64,000 nt of DNA from Acidobacteriota bacterium (lineage in GTDB: Bacteria; Acidobacteriota; UBA6911; JACQSX01): the NCBI GenBank assembly GCA_036507075.1, contig DASXQR010000083.1, forward strand, positions 64,001-128,000, given 5' to 3'. Under the pieces are notes generated by a model, which made no database searches, was not told the DNA's origin, and saw only the letters and a list, made by a program, of their open reading frames with translations. Both the position numbers and the translations under genes were made by a program. The first letter of the stretch is position 1. Each line of letters starts with the position of its first letter. Below, one piece after another: positions 30,608-39,824 of this stretch.

Positions 30608-30761
30608 GACTGGTTTTCTTTGAAACGCCAAGACACCAACATATTGGGTCCGGACAGAGACCGCGGCGGTTTGATGCCGAGTGATAGTGCCTTGGTGGTT
30701 GGTTCGTGAATGGGGTCCGCGGACCCTGGGAATTCCGCGGCGTTACGAAAACGGATAAGAA

Positions 30762-30968
30762 TCAAATCTTCACGACGTTTTCGGCCTGGTCACCCTTGGG
30801 ACCACGTGTCACCGTGAACTCAACTGCCTGACCTTCCGCCAGGGTCTTGAATCCGGACCCTTGAATAGCGGTGTGGTGAACGAACACGTCTTCGCCAGAC
30901 GCACGTTTGATAAAGCCATAGCCTTTTGCGTCGTTAAACCACTTCACTGTTCCTTGTTCTCTGCTCAT
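30762..30968 (-). CDS. cspA: Cold-shock protein
   Basis: [15 protein letters not shown] and DVFVH motifs. Confidence 0.95.
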   Translation of the reverse strand: MSREQGTVKWFNDAKGYGFIKRASGEDVFVHHTAIQGSGFKTLAEGQAVEFTVTRGPKGDQAENVVKI

Positions 30969-31256
30969 GTTATTTCCTTTGCTACCTGTTACGGTGGTTC
31001 TTGTTGGTTGAAACTTACTTCTTGTCCGTTTTCGTAAGATCAGGCAAACAAAAAAGAGCTGCGAAACTCCCAGGGTTTCGTAGCTCTCGTGTGTTATCCT
31101 TACAAAAACCTGACCAAGACGGCACCAGTCTAGGCAAATCGTCAATCACAGGTCAATCGAAATCTGCCAGATTTTCTTCGCGTTGTTCAGCCAAAAAAAT
31201 GTGAACGTCGTCACGACACGCTGCCGCATTGCCAAACGCGCAGCGGTGAAAAATGG

Positions 31257-31427
31257 GACACGAATTAGCACGAATTTCACGAATTTCACGAAGTCACCTT
31301 AGCGATCAGGAAATTAATTAGAAGGATCTCGAACTTAATGCAGAGCGATACAAGGTCATCGAAATAATGATTCCTGCAGTGATTCAAAGAGATTCGTGGA
31401 ATTCTTGGAATTCGTGAAATTCGTGCT
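31257..31427. repeat. CACGAATT short-period inverted repeat element
   Basis: Tandem CACGAATT units at about 31260-31290 mirrored by AATTCGTG units at about 31390-31427. Confidence 0.7.
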
Positions 31428-31433
31428 CAACTC

Positions 31434-32288
31434 TCACCGGCCCATCAACAAACCGTAGATCCGATCCAGGTCATCGTTGTTGAAATAAAAAATTTCGACT
31501 TTTCCTCCTTTGCCTTTCTTTTTGATTGCCACTTTGGTTCCGAATCGGATTCGCAGCTTTTCTTCTGCTGCTTTTACGTTGGGATCCATGTGAATGCGTC
31601 GCTGGGGCTCCTTGTCGGACGCTCCCAGAAGCTGACGAACCAACCTCTCGGTATTACGGACCGACAGCTCTTTTTCGATAATCTGCTGTGCCGCCTGGAC
31701 CTGGGCTTTCGGGTCTTCCAAAGCCAACAGGGCGCGGGCGTGGCCCATTGTTAACTTGTTTTCTATCAACAACTTACGCACCTTTTCAGCCAGCTTCAGA
31801 AGCCGCAGTGCGTTGGCCACAGTGGCCCGATTCTTCCCTACTCTTTGTGCAATGTCCTCTTGAGAGAGTCCAAAATGCTCCCAAAGATATTGGTAGGCCT
31901 TCGCCTCTTCAATGGCATTGAGCTCGTCGCGTTGAATGTTCTCGATCAGCGCGATTTCCAGGCTTTTTTCCTCGTCAACATTTTTGAGAATCGCCGGCAG
32001 TTTTGGAATTCCCGCCATTTGCGCCGCCCGCCAGCGGCGCTCGCCTGCAATAAGCTCGTAGCGCGTCCCTATCTGCCGCACCACCACAGGCTGCACCACC
32101 CCATTTTGTTTAATTGATGCTGCCAGCTCGGCCAGCCTGTCCGGATCAAACTCCGATCGCGGCTGGTAACGGTTCGGCGAGATCAGGTCGATGTCGATTT
32201 CACGCAGATTTCCCTGCGCGGGCACCGACGCGATGCCGGCTGCAGGGATCAGCGCTTCAATTCCCCGTCCCAGTACTTTTCTTTTCAT
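31434..32288 (-). CDS. parB: Chromosome partitioning protein ParB
   Basis: LGRG N-terminus, QPR, GERRWRA, ENIQR, HTH. Confidence 0.97.
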   Translation of the reverse strand: MKRKVLGRGIEALIPAAGIASVPAQGNLREIDIDLISPNRYQPRSEFDPDRLAELAASIKQNGVVQPVVVRQIGTRYELIAGERRWRAAQMAGIPKLPAILKNVDEEKSLEIALIENIQRDELNAIEEAKAYQYLWEHFGLSQEDIAQRVGKNRATVANALRLLKLAEKVRKLLIENKLTMGHARALLALEDPKAQVQAAQQIIEKELSVRNTERLVRQLLGASDKEPQRRIHMDPNVKAAEEKLRIRFGTKVAIKKKGKGGKVEIFYFNNDDLDRIYGLLMGR

Positions 32289-33042
32289 GATCGAGGATTT
32301 CCTTGGCTAAGTTGATGTACGAGACAGCTCCGCGGGACCTGGCGTCATAAATCAGAATGGGCTTGCCGAAGCTGGGTGCTTCGGCGAGACGAACATTCCG
32401 CGGAATGACGGTTTGAAAAACTTTTCCATCGAAGTGAGCTCGCAAGTCGTTCTCCACCTGCTGGCTGAGATTGAGACGCTCGTCGTATAAGGTCAAAACA
32501 ATTCCCATTACAACCAATCGGGGATTAAAAGCCGTTTTCACACGCTCGACCGTATCCACCAGATCCGACAATCCTTCCAGGGCAAAGTACTCGCATTGAA
32601 TGGGAATCAGGACCTCATCAGCCGCCACCAGCACATTTAAGGTAAGCAATCCCAGCGAAGGAGGTGAATCGATCAGGATCACATCGAAATCCGGCCTTAA
32701 AGAATCGAGCACTTGCCGCAGGACAAATTCCCGCCCCTCCAGGTCGGCCAGTTCCAGCGTGGCGCCCACCAGGTCTTTGCCTGCCGGCAGCAGAAACAGG
32801 GTAGCAACTTCGGTCGGCTGAATAGCATCGCGGACCGGGAAGCCCCGCATTAACACGTCGTAGAGGGTCGGGCGGCCCTGATTCCGGTCAAAGCCCAGGC
32901 CGCTGGAACAATTTCCCTGCGAGTCGCAGTCCACGACCAGCACCTTTAATTCAGCGGCTGCCAGTGAGGCTCCCAGGTTAATTACGGTAGTAGTTTTGCC
33001 GACGCCGCCCTTTTGGTTGGCAACAGCCAGGATTTTTTGCAT
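32257..33042 (-). CDS. parA: Chromosome partitioning ATPase ParA/Soj
   Basis: NQKGGVGKTT, DSPPSLG, QCEYFALEG and RLAEAPSFG motifs. Confidence 0.97.
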   Translation of the reverse strand: MQKILAVANQKGGVGKTTTVINLGASLAAAELKVLVVDCDSQGNCSSGLGFDRNQGRPTLYDVLMRGFPVRDAIQPTEVATLFLLPAGKDLVGATLELADLEGREFVLRQVLDSLRPDFDVILIDSPPSLGLLTLNVLVAADEVLIPIQCEYFALEGLSDLVDTVERVKTAFNPRLVVMGIVLTLYDERLNLSQQVENDLRAHFDGKVFQTVIPRNVRLAEAPSFGKPILIYDARSRGAVSYINLAKEILDHEKKSTGTGN

Positions 33043-33084
33043 GTGCGTCGTTCTGCGGATTATTTGTACCAGAAGTATCGGCAA

Positions 33085-33100
33085 TGTTCCACGTGAAACA
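33085..33100. promoter_or_regulatory. parS site TGTTCCACGTGAAACA
   Basis: Matches the canonical TGTTNCACGTGAAACA, upstream of parA. Confidence 0.92.
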
Positions 33101-33123
33101 GCGGAGCTCACCGTCGTGCATGG

Positions 33124-33139
33124 TGTTCCACGTGGAACA
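33124..33139. promoter_or_regulatory. parS site TGTTCCACGTGGAACA
   Basis: Perfect 16-bp palindrome. Confidence 0.92.
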
Positions 33140-33144
33140 ATGGG

Positions 33145-33765
33145 TCAGCGTTTAGTCTTTCGCGCCAGCAGAAGGGTGCGATTTTCAGAACGGGGGATCG
33201 GGATGCGCTGGATGTCGCATCCTTCCAACGTCTTCTCGGTTCGCTCGCCGGCCCCCTGAAAGCAGAGGTAGAGGCAAGCAGGAGAGGTGTTTGCTTTCAG
33301 GAAATTAAAGTCTTTCGGTTCCAGCTTGAGTCCGCGCCAGCAAACCACATCGGCCTGCTGCAGGAACGGTGCCGATTCGACCAGCCGCAAAGGATAGATT
33401 CCCACATGCAAAAGATCCAGGCGGCGGGCCACCTCCCGCTGAAAAAGGATCTTCTTCTTTCGTGAATCAATCGAGACCAGTCGGAAGGCGGGGCGAACGA
33501 TCTTCATAGCCAGCCCGGGAAATCCAGCGCCCGAACCCACGTCGACTACCCGAACATTACCCGAGGGAAGTTGTTCGGCGGCAAAGAAGGATTCCAGGAA
33601 ATGCAGACGGATGGCATCTTCCTCGTTATGGATACTGGTGAGGTTCACCTTCCGGTTCCACTTTGTCAGCAGATCCAGATAAATCTGCACCTTAGCCAAG
33701 TGTTCCGGGCTCAGCGCAAGTCTAAAAAAAGATGCTTCCGTCTCGATCCAGTCTGTAGTGACCAC
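33145..33765 (-). CDS. rsmG: 16S rRNA m7G527 methyltransferase
   Basis: WNRKVNLT, HFLES, DVGSGAGFPG; located between mnmG and parA. Confidence 0.93.
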   Translation of the reverse strand: MVTTDWIETEASFFRLALSPEHLAKVQIYLDLLTKWNRKVNLTSIHNEEDAIRLHFLESFFAAEQLPSGNVRVVDVGSGAGFPGLAMKIVRPAFRLVSIDSRKKKILFQREVARRLDLLHVGIYPLRLVESAPFLQQADVVCWRGLKLEPKDFNFLKANTSPACLYLCFQGAGERTEKTLEGCDIQRIPIPRSENRTLLLARKTKR

Positions 33766-33898
33766 GGATAAGGATTATAGCGGCTGAGTAAGTCCCGCTT
33801 GCCGTTTATTGAGCAGCTTGCTGCCTCGGTCGTCAAAGAAAGGAATTTCACTGCCGAAAACGCACGGCGGCATAGCCACAAGCAAAGGTGCTGCCGCA

Positions 33899-33990
33899 TT
33901 CACCGCAGAGCCGCAATGAACACCGAGTTTCCGCAGAGATTCCATTGCTAACTCTGCGGGGCTTGCCGTCCTCGGCGACTCTGCGGTGAA
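33899..33990. repeat. REP-like palindrome (TTCACCGCAGAG...CTCTGCGGTGAA)
   Basis: 12-bp perfect terminal inverted repeat; relative at 6992-7086. Confidence 0.75.
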
Positions 33991-34157
33991 TGCGAGGCTC
34001 CGAATCAGTAGCTGGACCATTTGGGCAACACGCCCTTAAAAGCCGAGACTACTGCGAGTCCGTTGAAGCGTACTCTCAGCAGCGAACGGAATATTCTGGC
34101 TGGGATCTTCGTAGAAAGCGAAGAATTCGGAGTATAGACAACGACTTACAGAACTTC

Positions 34158-36047
34158 TCAGCTGGCGGCGGCGCGGCGGCGGCGATCCAGTTCCAACTGA
34201 ACGTTGATGATCGAAACCGCAGCAGGCGTGATACCGGAAACGCGCGAAGCTACTCCCAACGTCACTGGTCGAAGGCGCGAGAGTTTTTCGACTATCTCGC
34301 GCGACAGGCCCGGAACATGAGCGTAGTCAAAATCGGGTGGAATCCTGCGCTGCTGAACTCCTTTGATCTTTTCCACCTCTGCAAGCTGCTGGCGGATGTA
34401 CCCTTCGTACTTAATCTGAGTTTCAACGATGGAGGCTTCTTCATCGCTCAGCCCGATTCCACAGTCCCCCAGCATGCTGCGAAAGGCGCCGATGGCAAAT
34501 TCCGGTCTTTTGAGCAACTGTTCCAGCGAAACTCCCGCCGGGATATCGCGCTGGACATGTTCAGATAATTGCTGCCTGTAGGGAGAAGCTTCTTTCAGGA
34601 TCGTGCGCCTAAGGTGGTCTGCCGCAGCGTCAACCCGAACGTACTTTTGCCGGCACTCCTCGTCACGGTCCGGACTCACTAGGCCAAGCGCTAAACCTTT
34701 ATTTATCAGACGCTTATCAGCGTTATCGATTCTCAAGAGGAGGCGGAATTCTGCCCTGGACGTGAACATTCGATAAGGCTCGTCGACGCCTCTGGACACC
34801 AGGTCGTCGCACAGAATCCCGATATAGGCCTCCGAACGATCCAGGAAAAACGGATCCTGATTGCGAACCTTCAGCGCTGCATTGATCCCGGCAATGATTC
34901 CCTGCGCGGCGGCTTCCTCATATCCCGTTGTCCCGTTGATTTGACCGGCGTGAAACAGATTCTCTATTTGCCTGGTCTCGAAAGATGCCGACAGATTTGT
35001 CGGCTGCATGAAGTCGTACTCAATGGCATAACCCGGACGGATCATTTCTACTTGTTGCATGCCGGGAATCGACCGCAGCATTTCCAGTTGAACATCAATG
35101 GGCATGCTGGTGGAAAGTCCATTCACATAAACCTCGTTTGTTCCAATCCCTTCCGGCTCAAGGAAAATCTGGTGCCGCTCTTTGTCGGCAAACTTTACGA
35201 TCTTGTCTTCGATAGAAGGGCAGTAGCGAGGCCCGATCCCCTGAATTTGCCCGCTGTACAATGGCGATCGGTGGATATTCCGCCGAATGACCTCATGCAG
35301 CGCGGGAGGCGTGTAGCCGATATAACAGGGAAGCTGCGGCTGCAGCGGCTGCTTGCTGGTGTAGCTGAACAAGGTTGGCCTGGCGTCGCCGTGCTGGATT
35401 TCGAATTTGGACAAATCGACGGTGCGGCCGTCGATCCGCGGCGGCGTGCCGGTTTTTAACCGTCCCATCGGGAAGCCGAGACGCTGGAACGATTGCGCCA
35501 GTTTGAGGGAAGCGATTTCGCCTGACCGGCCGGCGGAATAACGACGTTCTCCAATGTGAATCAAACCGTTCAGGAATGTACCCGTCGTAACGATCACAGC
35601 GCTGGCTCCGATCCGGCGCCCGTCGATCAGTTCCACACCCACAACCCTGTCTTCACGAATGATGAAATCGGTGACTTCTGCCTGTTTCAAAAACAGGTTG
35701 GGTTCCAGCTCGAGGCGGCGCCTCATCTCCCGCCGATAAAGCGCACGATCGGCCTGCGCACGCGGAGACTGAACCGCAGGGCCACGGCTGCTGTTCAGGA
35801 CCCGAAACTGAATGCCGGCCCGATCGATCACCTCGGGCATCGCTCCGCCCAGACAATCCAGCTCGCGCACCAGATGCCCCTTGGCGATTCCTCCCACGGC
35901 CGGGTTGCACGACATCTGGCCGATAGTATCCAGATTGATGGTGAACATGGCCGTGCGCATGCCCATTTTGGCGGCAGCCAGCGCAGCCTCACATCCAGCA
36001 TGACCGCCGCCGATCACCACCACATCGAAGGACTCATGAAAATACAT
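34158..36047 (-). CDS. mnmG: tRNA U34 modification enzyme MnmG/GidA
   Basis: GGGHAGCEAA, MSCNPAVGG, GPRYCPSIEDK and AGQINGTTGYEEAAAQG motifs. Confidence 0.98.
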   Translation of the reverse strand: MYFHESFDVVVIGGGHAGCEAALAAAKMGMRTAMFTINLDTIGQMSCNPAVGGIAKGHLVRELDCLGGAMPEVIDRAGIQFRVLNSSRGPAVQSPRAQADRALYRREMRRRLELEPNLFLKQAEVTDFIIREDRVVGVELIDGRRIGASAVIVTTGTFLNGLIHIGERRYSAGRSGEIASLKLAQSFQRLGFPMGRLKTGTPPRIDGRTVDLSKFEIQHGDARPTLFSYTSKQPLQPQLPCYIGYTPPALHEVIRRNIHRSPLYSGQIQGIGPRYCPSIEDKIVKFADKERHQIFLEPEGIGTNEVYVNGLSTSMPIDVQLEMLRSIPGMQQVEMIRPGYAIEYDFMQPTNLSASFETRQIENLFHAGQINGTTGYEEAAAQGIIAGINAALKVRNQDPFFLDRSEAYIGILCDDLVSRGVDEPYRMFTSRAEFRLLLRIDNADKRLINKGLALGLVSPDRDEECRQKYVRVDAAADHLRRTILKEASPYRQQLSEHVQRDIPAGVSLEQLLKRPEFAIGAFRSMLGDCGIGLSDEEASIVETQIKYEGYIRQQLAEVEKIKGVQQRRIPPDFDYAHVPGLSREIVEKLSRLRPVTLGVASRVSGITPAAVSIINVQLELDRRRRAAAS

Positions 36048-36153
36048 GGCAGAGAGAAATTATAGCGGAAAAACGAGTGTCGAGTGTTGAGTGGTCTAGT
36101 TTGTGCTGCCCATCGAGGAAGGCCCTCACCACAGAGGCACAGCCCGGCCGCAG

Positions 36154-36244
36154 GCCGCAACCAAACGCGTTATCGGTCATTAGTCATTGGTTCATTAGTT
36201 AAAGAATCTTGCTAAAAAAACAAGAAATTGCCAACTTGTTACAC
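36154..36244 (+). repeat. Dispersed ~92-bp element, copy 2
   Basis: Close copy of 28464-28555. Confidence 0.85.
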
Positions 36245-36442
36245 GACGCGGCAGAGCCGCAACCAAGAAACCGTGCACGAAACGTCAACGACTACGTCTA
36301 ACGCCTACGAGCACGAGCACGACAACCTCGACGCCCTACGGTCACGAGCCTAGAGTGGCCGTCAGGCCACAACCAACGGTGATGGGACAAAACCTATGTG
36401 GCTTTGCCGCCAGCTCTTGCGGAAAGGCTTTGCCTTTCCGCA

Positions 36443-36554
36443 TGAGTTGACGGCAAAGCCGCTATCCCCGTCCGATTCTTTCGTGGGACGTGGTCGTTTG
36501 AGTTGGCGGCAAAGCCGCTATCCGCGTCCGATTCTTTCGTGAGACGTGGTCGTT
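36443..36554 (+). repeat. 56-bp tandem duplication
   Basis: 36443-36498 versus 36499-36554, three mismatches. Confidence 0.85.
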
Positions 36555-36672
36555 GACGTGAACGGTTTTGAAAAACTTTGCCAAAATAAACCAAGGTTGC
36601 CAACGTGCTTCACAGAGAACACGAATCAGTTACTTGTCACTGCTAACTGGCCGCTGGTAACCTGCCATTTAT

Positions 36673-38040
36673 ATGGATTCCATAGTGGCCCTGGCCACGC
36701 CACCCGGACATTCTGCCCTTGCCATTATTCGCGCGAGCGGACCGGAGGTCGGTACTTTTCTCAAGCGGCTCGCAAACCGGAACTCATTCCAGCCGCGTCA
36801 CGCGACGCTGGCCGATTTGCACGATCCCAGCACCGGCGAGAAGATCGATCATTGCGTAGTCCAATTTTTTCCAAGCCCCCACTCGTACACGGGCGAAGAT
36901 TTATGTGAAATTTCTTGCCACGGCTCACCGGTGCTGATCAGCCGGCTGCTCGAGGCTGTTCTACACCTTGGCGCGCGATTGGCAGAGCCCGGAGAATTCA
37001 CCCTGCGCGCTTTCCTCAACGGGAAAATGGACCTGGCGCAGGCCGAGGCGGTGCGGGACCTGGTGGACGCGCGCACCGAATACCAGGCGCGGATCGCCCG
37101 CGAGCAGTTGGAGGGAAAACTCTCGGCCGCGCTCCAGCCCTTAAAACAAAAGCTTGTTGACGTCATTTCATTCCTGGAAACGGCTGTCGAGTTTGTGGAA
37201 GACGACGTGGGCGAAATTTCCCGCTCCGCTCAGGCAGAGAATCTGCAGCAGATCTGCCAGGATCTGCAGAAGATGGAGGCAAGCTACAGCTTCGGCAGGT
37301 TTATCCATGATGGCTTTCAGCTCGCCATTATCGGAAGGCCCAACGTGGGCAAATCAAGTTTGTTCAATGCCTTGCTTCAGAGTGATCGCGCCATAGTCAC
37401 CGAGATCCCGGGCACGACGCGCGATTTGATCACTGAATCGATGCATGTAGAGGGCGTCCCTGTCAGGCTGATTGACACGGCGGGAATCCGCTCGTCCTCG
37501 GATCGCATCGAGCAGATTGGGATCGAACGCTCGCATCAGGCCGCCGGCGACGCCGACGTTCTATTGGTCGTGCTGGACGCGACCTCTCCGGTGACAAGCG
37601 AGGATGAAGAATTATTGAAACGCCTGCAGAGCCAACCGGGAATTGTCGTATGGAACAAAATCGATCTGGCAGAACCGCAGCAGGCAACTGTTGGCAGGCG
37701 CCCGGCCGTCGATAAAGAGGCCATCCACATCAGTAAGGTCTCAGCGTTGAAGGGTGAAGGACTCAATGAACTGCGCCAATCCATTCACAGACTGCTTTCA
37801 CAAAATGCAATCGCCGGCCAGCAGGGAATTATCGTCACCAACCTGAGACACAAAATCTGTATGGCACAAACGCGCGTCGCCCTTGAAGAAGGATGCCGCG
37901 CGCTGCGTGAAAATCTGTCCGAGGAATTTGCGCTTTATCACATTCGATCGGGATTGCAGCGTCTCGGAGAGATCACCGGTGAAACCACGGTGGAAGACAT
38001 TCTGGATAATATATTTTCCACCTTTTGTATCGGGAAATGA
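36673..38040 (+). CDS. mnmE: tRNA modification GTPase MnmE/TrmE
   Basis: [37 protein letters not shown]-terminal FCIGK. Confidence 0.98.
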   Translation: MDSIVALATPPGHSALAIIRASGPEVGTFLKRLANRNSFQPRHATLADLHDPSTGEKIDHCVVQFFPSPHSYTGEDLCEISCHGSPVLISRLLEAVLHLGARLAEPGEFTLRAFLNGKMDLAQAEAVRDLVDARTEYQARIAREQLEGKLSAALQPLKQKLVDVISFLETAVEFVEDDVGEISRSAQAENLQQICQDLQKMEASYSFGRFIHDGFQLAIIGRPNVGKSSLFNALLQSDRAIVTEIPGTTRDLITESMHVEGVPVRLIDTAGIRSSSDRIEQIGIERSHQAAGDADVLLVVLDATSPVTSEDEELLKRLQSQPGIVVWNKIDLAEPQQATVGRRPAVDKEAIHISKVSALKGEGLNELRQSIHRLLSQNAIAGQQGIIVTNLRHKICMAQTRVALEEGCRALRENLSEEFALYHIRSGLQRLGEITGETTVEDILDNIFSTFCIGK

Positions 38041-38073
38041 CCGCCCTTGCCTTCGTGTTATAGTTTCATCGCG

Positions 38074-38427
38074 ATGCGTAATTCCACGCGTGTGCTGCTG
38101 TTTATTTCCGACAAGACTCTGATGAAGACGCTCACCGAGGATCTCCGCCGGGCGGGCTACCTGGTGGACCGCTGTGAATCGCTGGAAACGTGCGAGCGTG
38201 TGAATTCGTTTTATGATCACGACGTTGCGTTCCTCCAGGCTGACGGAGACGATCTGGATACGATCCAGGCAGCAGCGAGCTTTGTGACGCCCGGGGCGCG
38301 CATCGTTGTCGTTCTGAACGATCAAGACCCAGGCGTCATCGAGCATCTGGAAATGCATGGAATGCAGGTGGCGCATTTTTCCGGCGATTCTCTGGAATTG
38401 CTCGAATTGCTCGAGGAAGAGGAATAG
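38074..38427 (+). CDS. Degenerate receiver-like protein
   Basis: Alternating beta/alpha CheY-like layout without the canonical acidic pocket or KP. Confidence 0.6.
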   Translation: MRNSTRVLLFISDKTLMKTLTEDLRRAGYLVDRCESLETCERVNSFYDHDVAFLQADGDDLDTIQAAASFVTPGARIVVVLNDQDPGVIEHLEMHGMQVAHFSGDSLELLELLEEEE

Positions 38428-38448
38428 GCGCCGCCTGCTGCGGCGAGT

Positions 38449-38789
38449 GGGCGGGTTTCGGGTTTGCGGGTTCGCGAGTTTGCGAGTACCGGGTTTGCGA
38501 GTTCCGGGTTGGCGAGTTTCGGGGTTGCGGGTTGCGGGTTTGCGAGCGGGTTACAAACGAGTTACGGATTGGCGATCTCACGATTCGATTGAAAAATTCA
38601 AAGCTGAAAATCGCTTCGGAATGTTGAATCTATGTTTTCTCAATTGGCAATTCTGAACCCGTAACTCGCCAACCCGCAACTCGCCAACCCGCAACTCGCC
38701 AACCCGCAACTCGCCAACCCGTAACCCGCCAACCCGCAAACCCGCAAACCCGTAACCCGCAAACCCGCAAACCCGAAACTCGCAAAACC
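38449..38789. repeat. 7-8-mer (GGGTTGC/AACCCGC) repeat arrays in inverted orientation
   Basis: G-rich array at about 38449-38560 and complementary C-rich array at 38656-38789; relative at 59160-59232. Confidence 0.85.
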
Positions 38790-38796
38790 TAAATTT

Positions 38797-39798
38797 TCAA
38801 CCGCACAGATTGTCGCTTAATTCCTGCAATGCCCGGCGCGTGAACACGCGCACCATTTCCTTGCGCCAGCTCATATCGAGATCCGTGTTGTCCAGCGGTT
38901 TGGCGCGCTTCCAGGCAGCCTCTGCGGCCTGCTCGATCACTTCGCAGTTCAGCCGAGCGCCTCTGAACAGTTTACGAGCCGCCTCCACTTCGAACGGATA
39001 AGAAGCGACCGCGGTGATGGCGATTCGACCTTGCTCGATCACGCTCCGCTCCGCAGCGCTGGGACGAAGCCAGATGGCGACGCCCAGGATCGGAAAATCA
39101 ATGGCGCCGCGACGACGCAGTTTCTTATAGACCATGAGATCCGTGCTGACCGCGGGCAGGTGGATTTCCGTGAGCAGCTCGTCAGGTCTTTTGGAAAGAA
39201 ACTCGATGCCGTCGTTGCGATAGAGCTCGGCTGCAGGAATCAGACGGTCACCCTGCTTGGACAACAACCGCACCTTCGCTCCCAGAGCAATCATCACCGG
39301 CGCCAGATCCGATGAAGCGACCGCCCAGCAGCGCGGGCTGGACGGCGCCACCCAGCAGACGTGGCCGTCCTTCTTCATGCAGAAGTCAATCGCCTTGCGC
39401 CATTCGTATGTCTGATCATAATAGGTGCATCTTGTGTCCACACAGAGATTGCCCCCGATGGTGCCGGCGTTCCGCAAGGGAGGAGAAGAAATAGCGCGGG
39501 CCGCGGCTGCAACCGCCGGATAGCGGCTGCACAGCATCGGATTGCGCTCCAACTCGGCCAGCGTAACGCGCGCGCCGATCACTATTCCCTCTTCCGGCTC
39601 GCCCGCGACTCGATGAAGCGCGCCCAATCGCCTGAGACTGATCAAGGTCCGAGGCGCGAGTTGTCGCCGTTTCATTTTGGGAAATAGATCGGTGCCTCCG
39701 GAAACCACGGCGCAGGCGGGGGCTTCCGCATGAAGAATCGCAGCAACTTCTTCTGTGGTGGCTGGCTGAAAGTAATCAAAACTTGGAAGTCGCAGCAT
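38797..39798 (-). CDS. Xanthine dehydrogenase family FAD subunit, HcrB-like with 4Fe-4S insert
   Basis: GGTDL; GTIGGNLCVDTRC..Y.Q...WR....C.K..G..C.......RC insert. Confidence 0.88.
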   Translation of the reverse strand: MLRLPSFDYFQPATTEEVAAILHAEAPACAVVSGGTDLFPKMKRRQLAPRTLISLRRLGALHRVAGEPEEGIVIGARVTLAELERNPMLCSRYPAVAAAARAISSPPLRNAGTIGGNLCVDTRCTYYDQTYEWRKAIDFCMKKDGHVCWVAPSSPRCWAVASSDLAPVMIALGAKVRLLSKQGDRLIPAAELYRNDGIEFLSKRPDELLTEIHLPAVSTDLMVYKKLRRRGAIDFPILGVAIWLRPSAAERSVIEQGRIAITAVASYPFEVEAARKLFRGARLNCEVIEQAAEAAWKRAKPLDNTDLDMSWRKEMVRVFTRRALQELSDNLCG

Positions 39799-39824
39799 GT
39801 TCGTCCGTTGTCAGTGGTCCGTTG

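Noticed and set aside
33775..34020. 81-aa ORF between mnmG and rsmG
   Set aside because: It runs through a REP-like palindrome and has no recognisable motif.
36280..36560. Possible CRISPR array in the repeat-rich spacer
   Set aside because: There are only two adjacent 56-bp copies with no unique spacers, and no cas genes.
36048..36672. oriC between mnmG and mnmE
   Set aside because: No cluster of TTATCCACA-like DnaA boxes or AT-rich unwinding element was seen.
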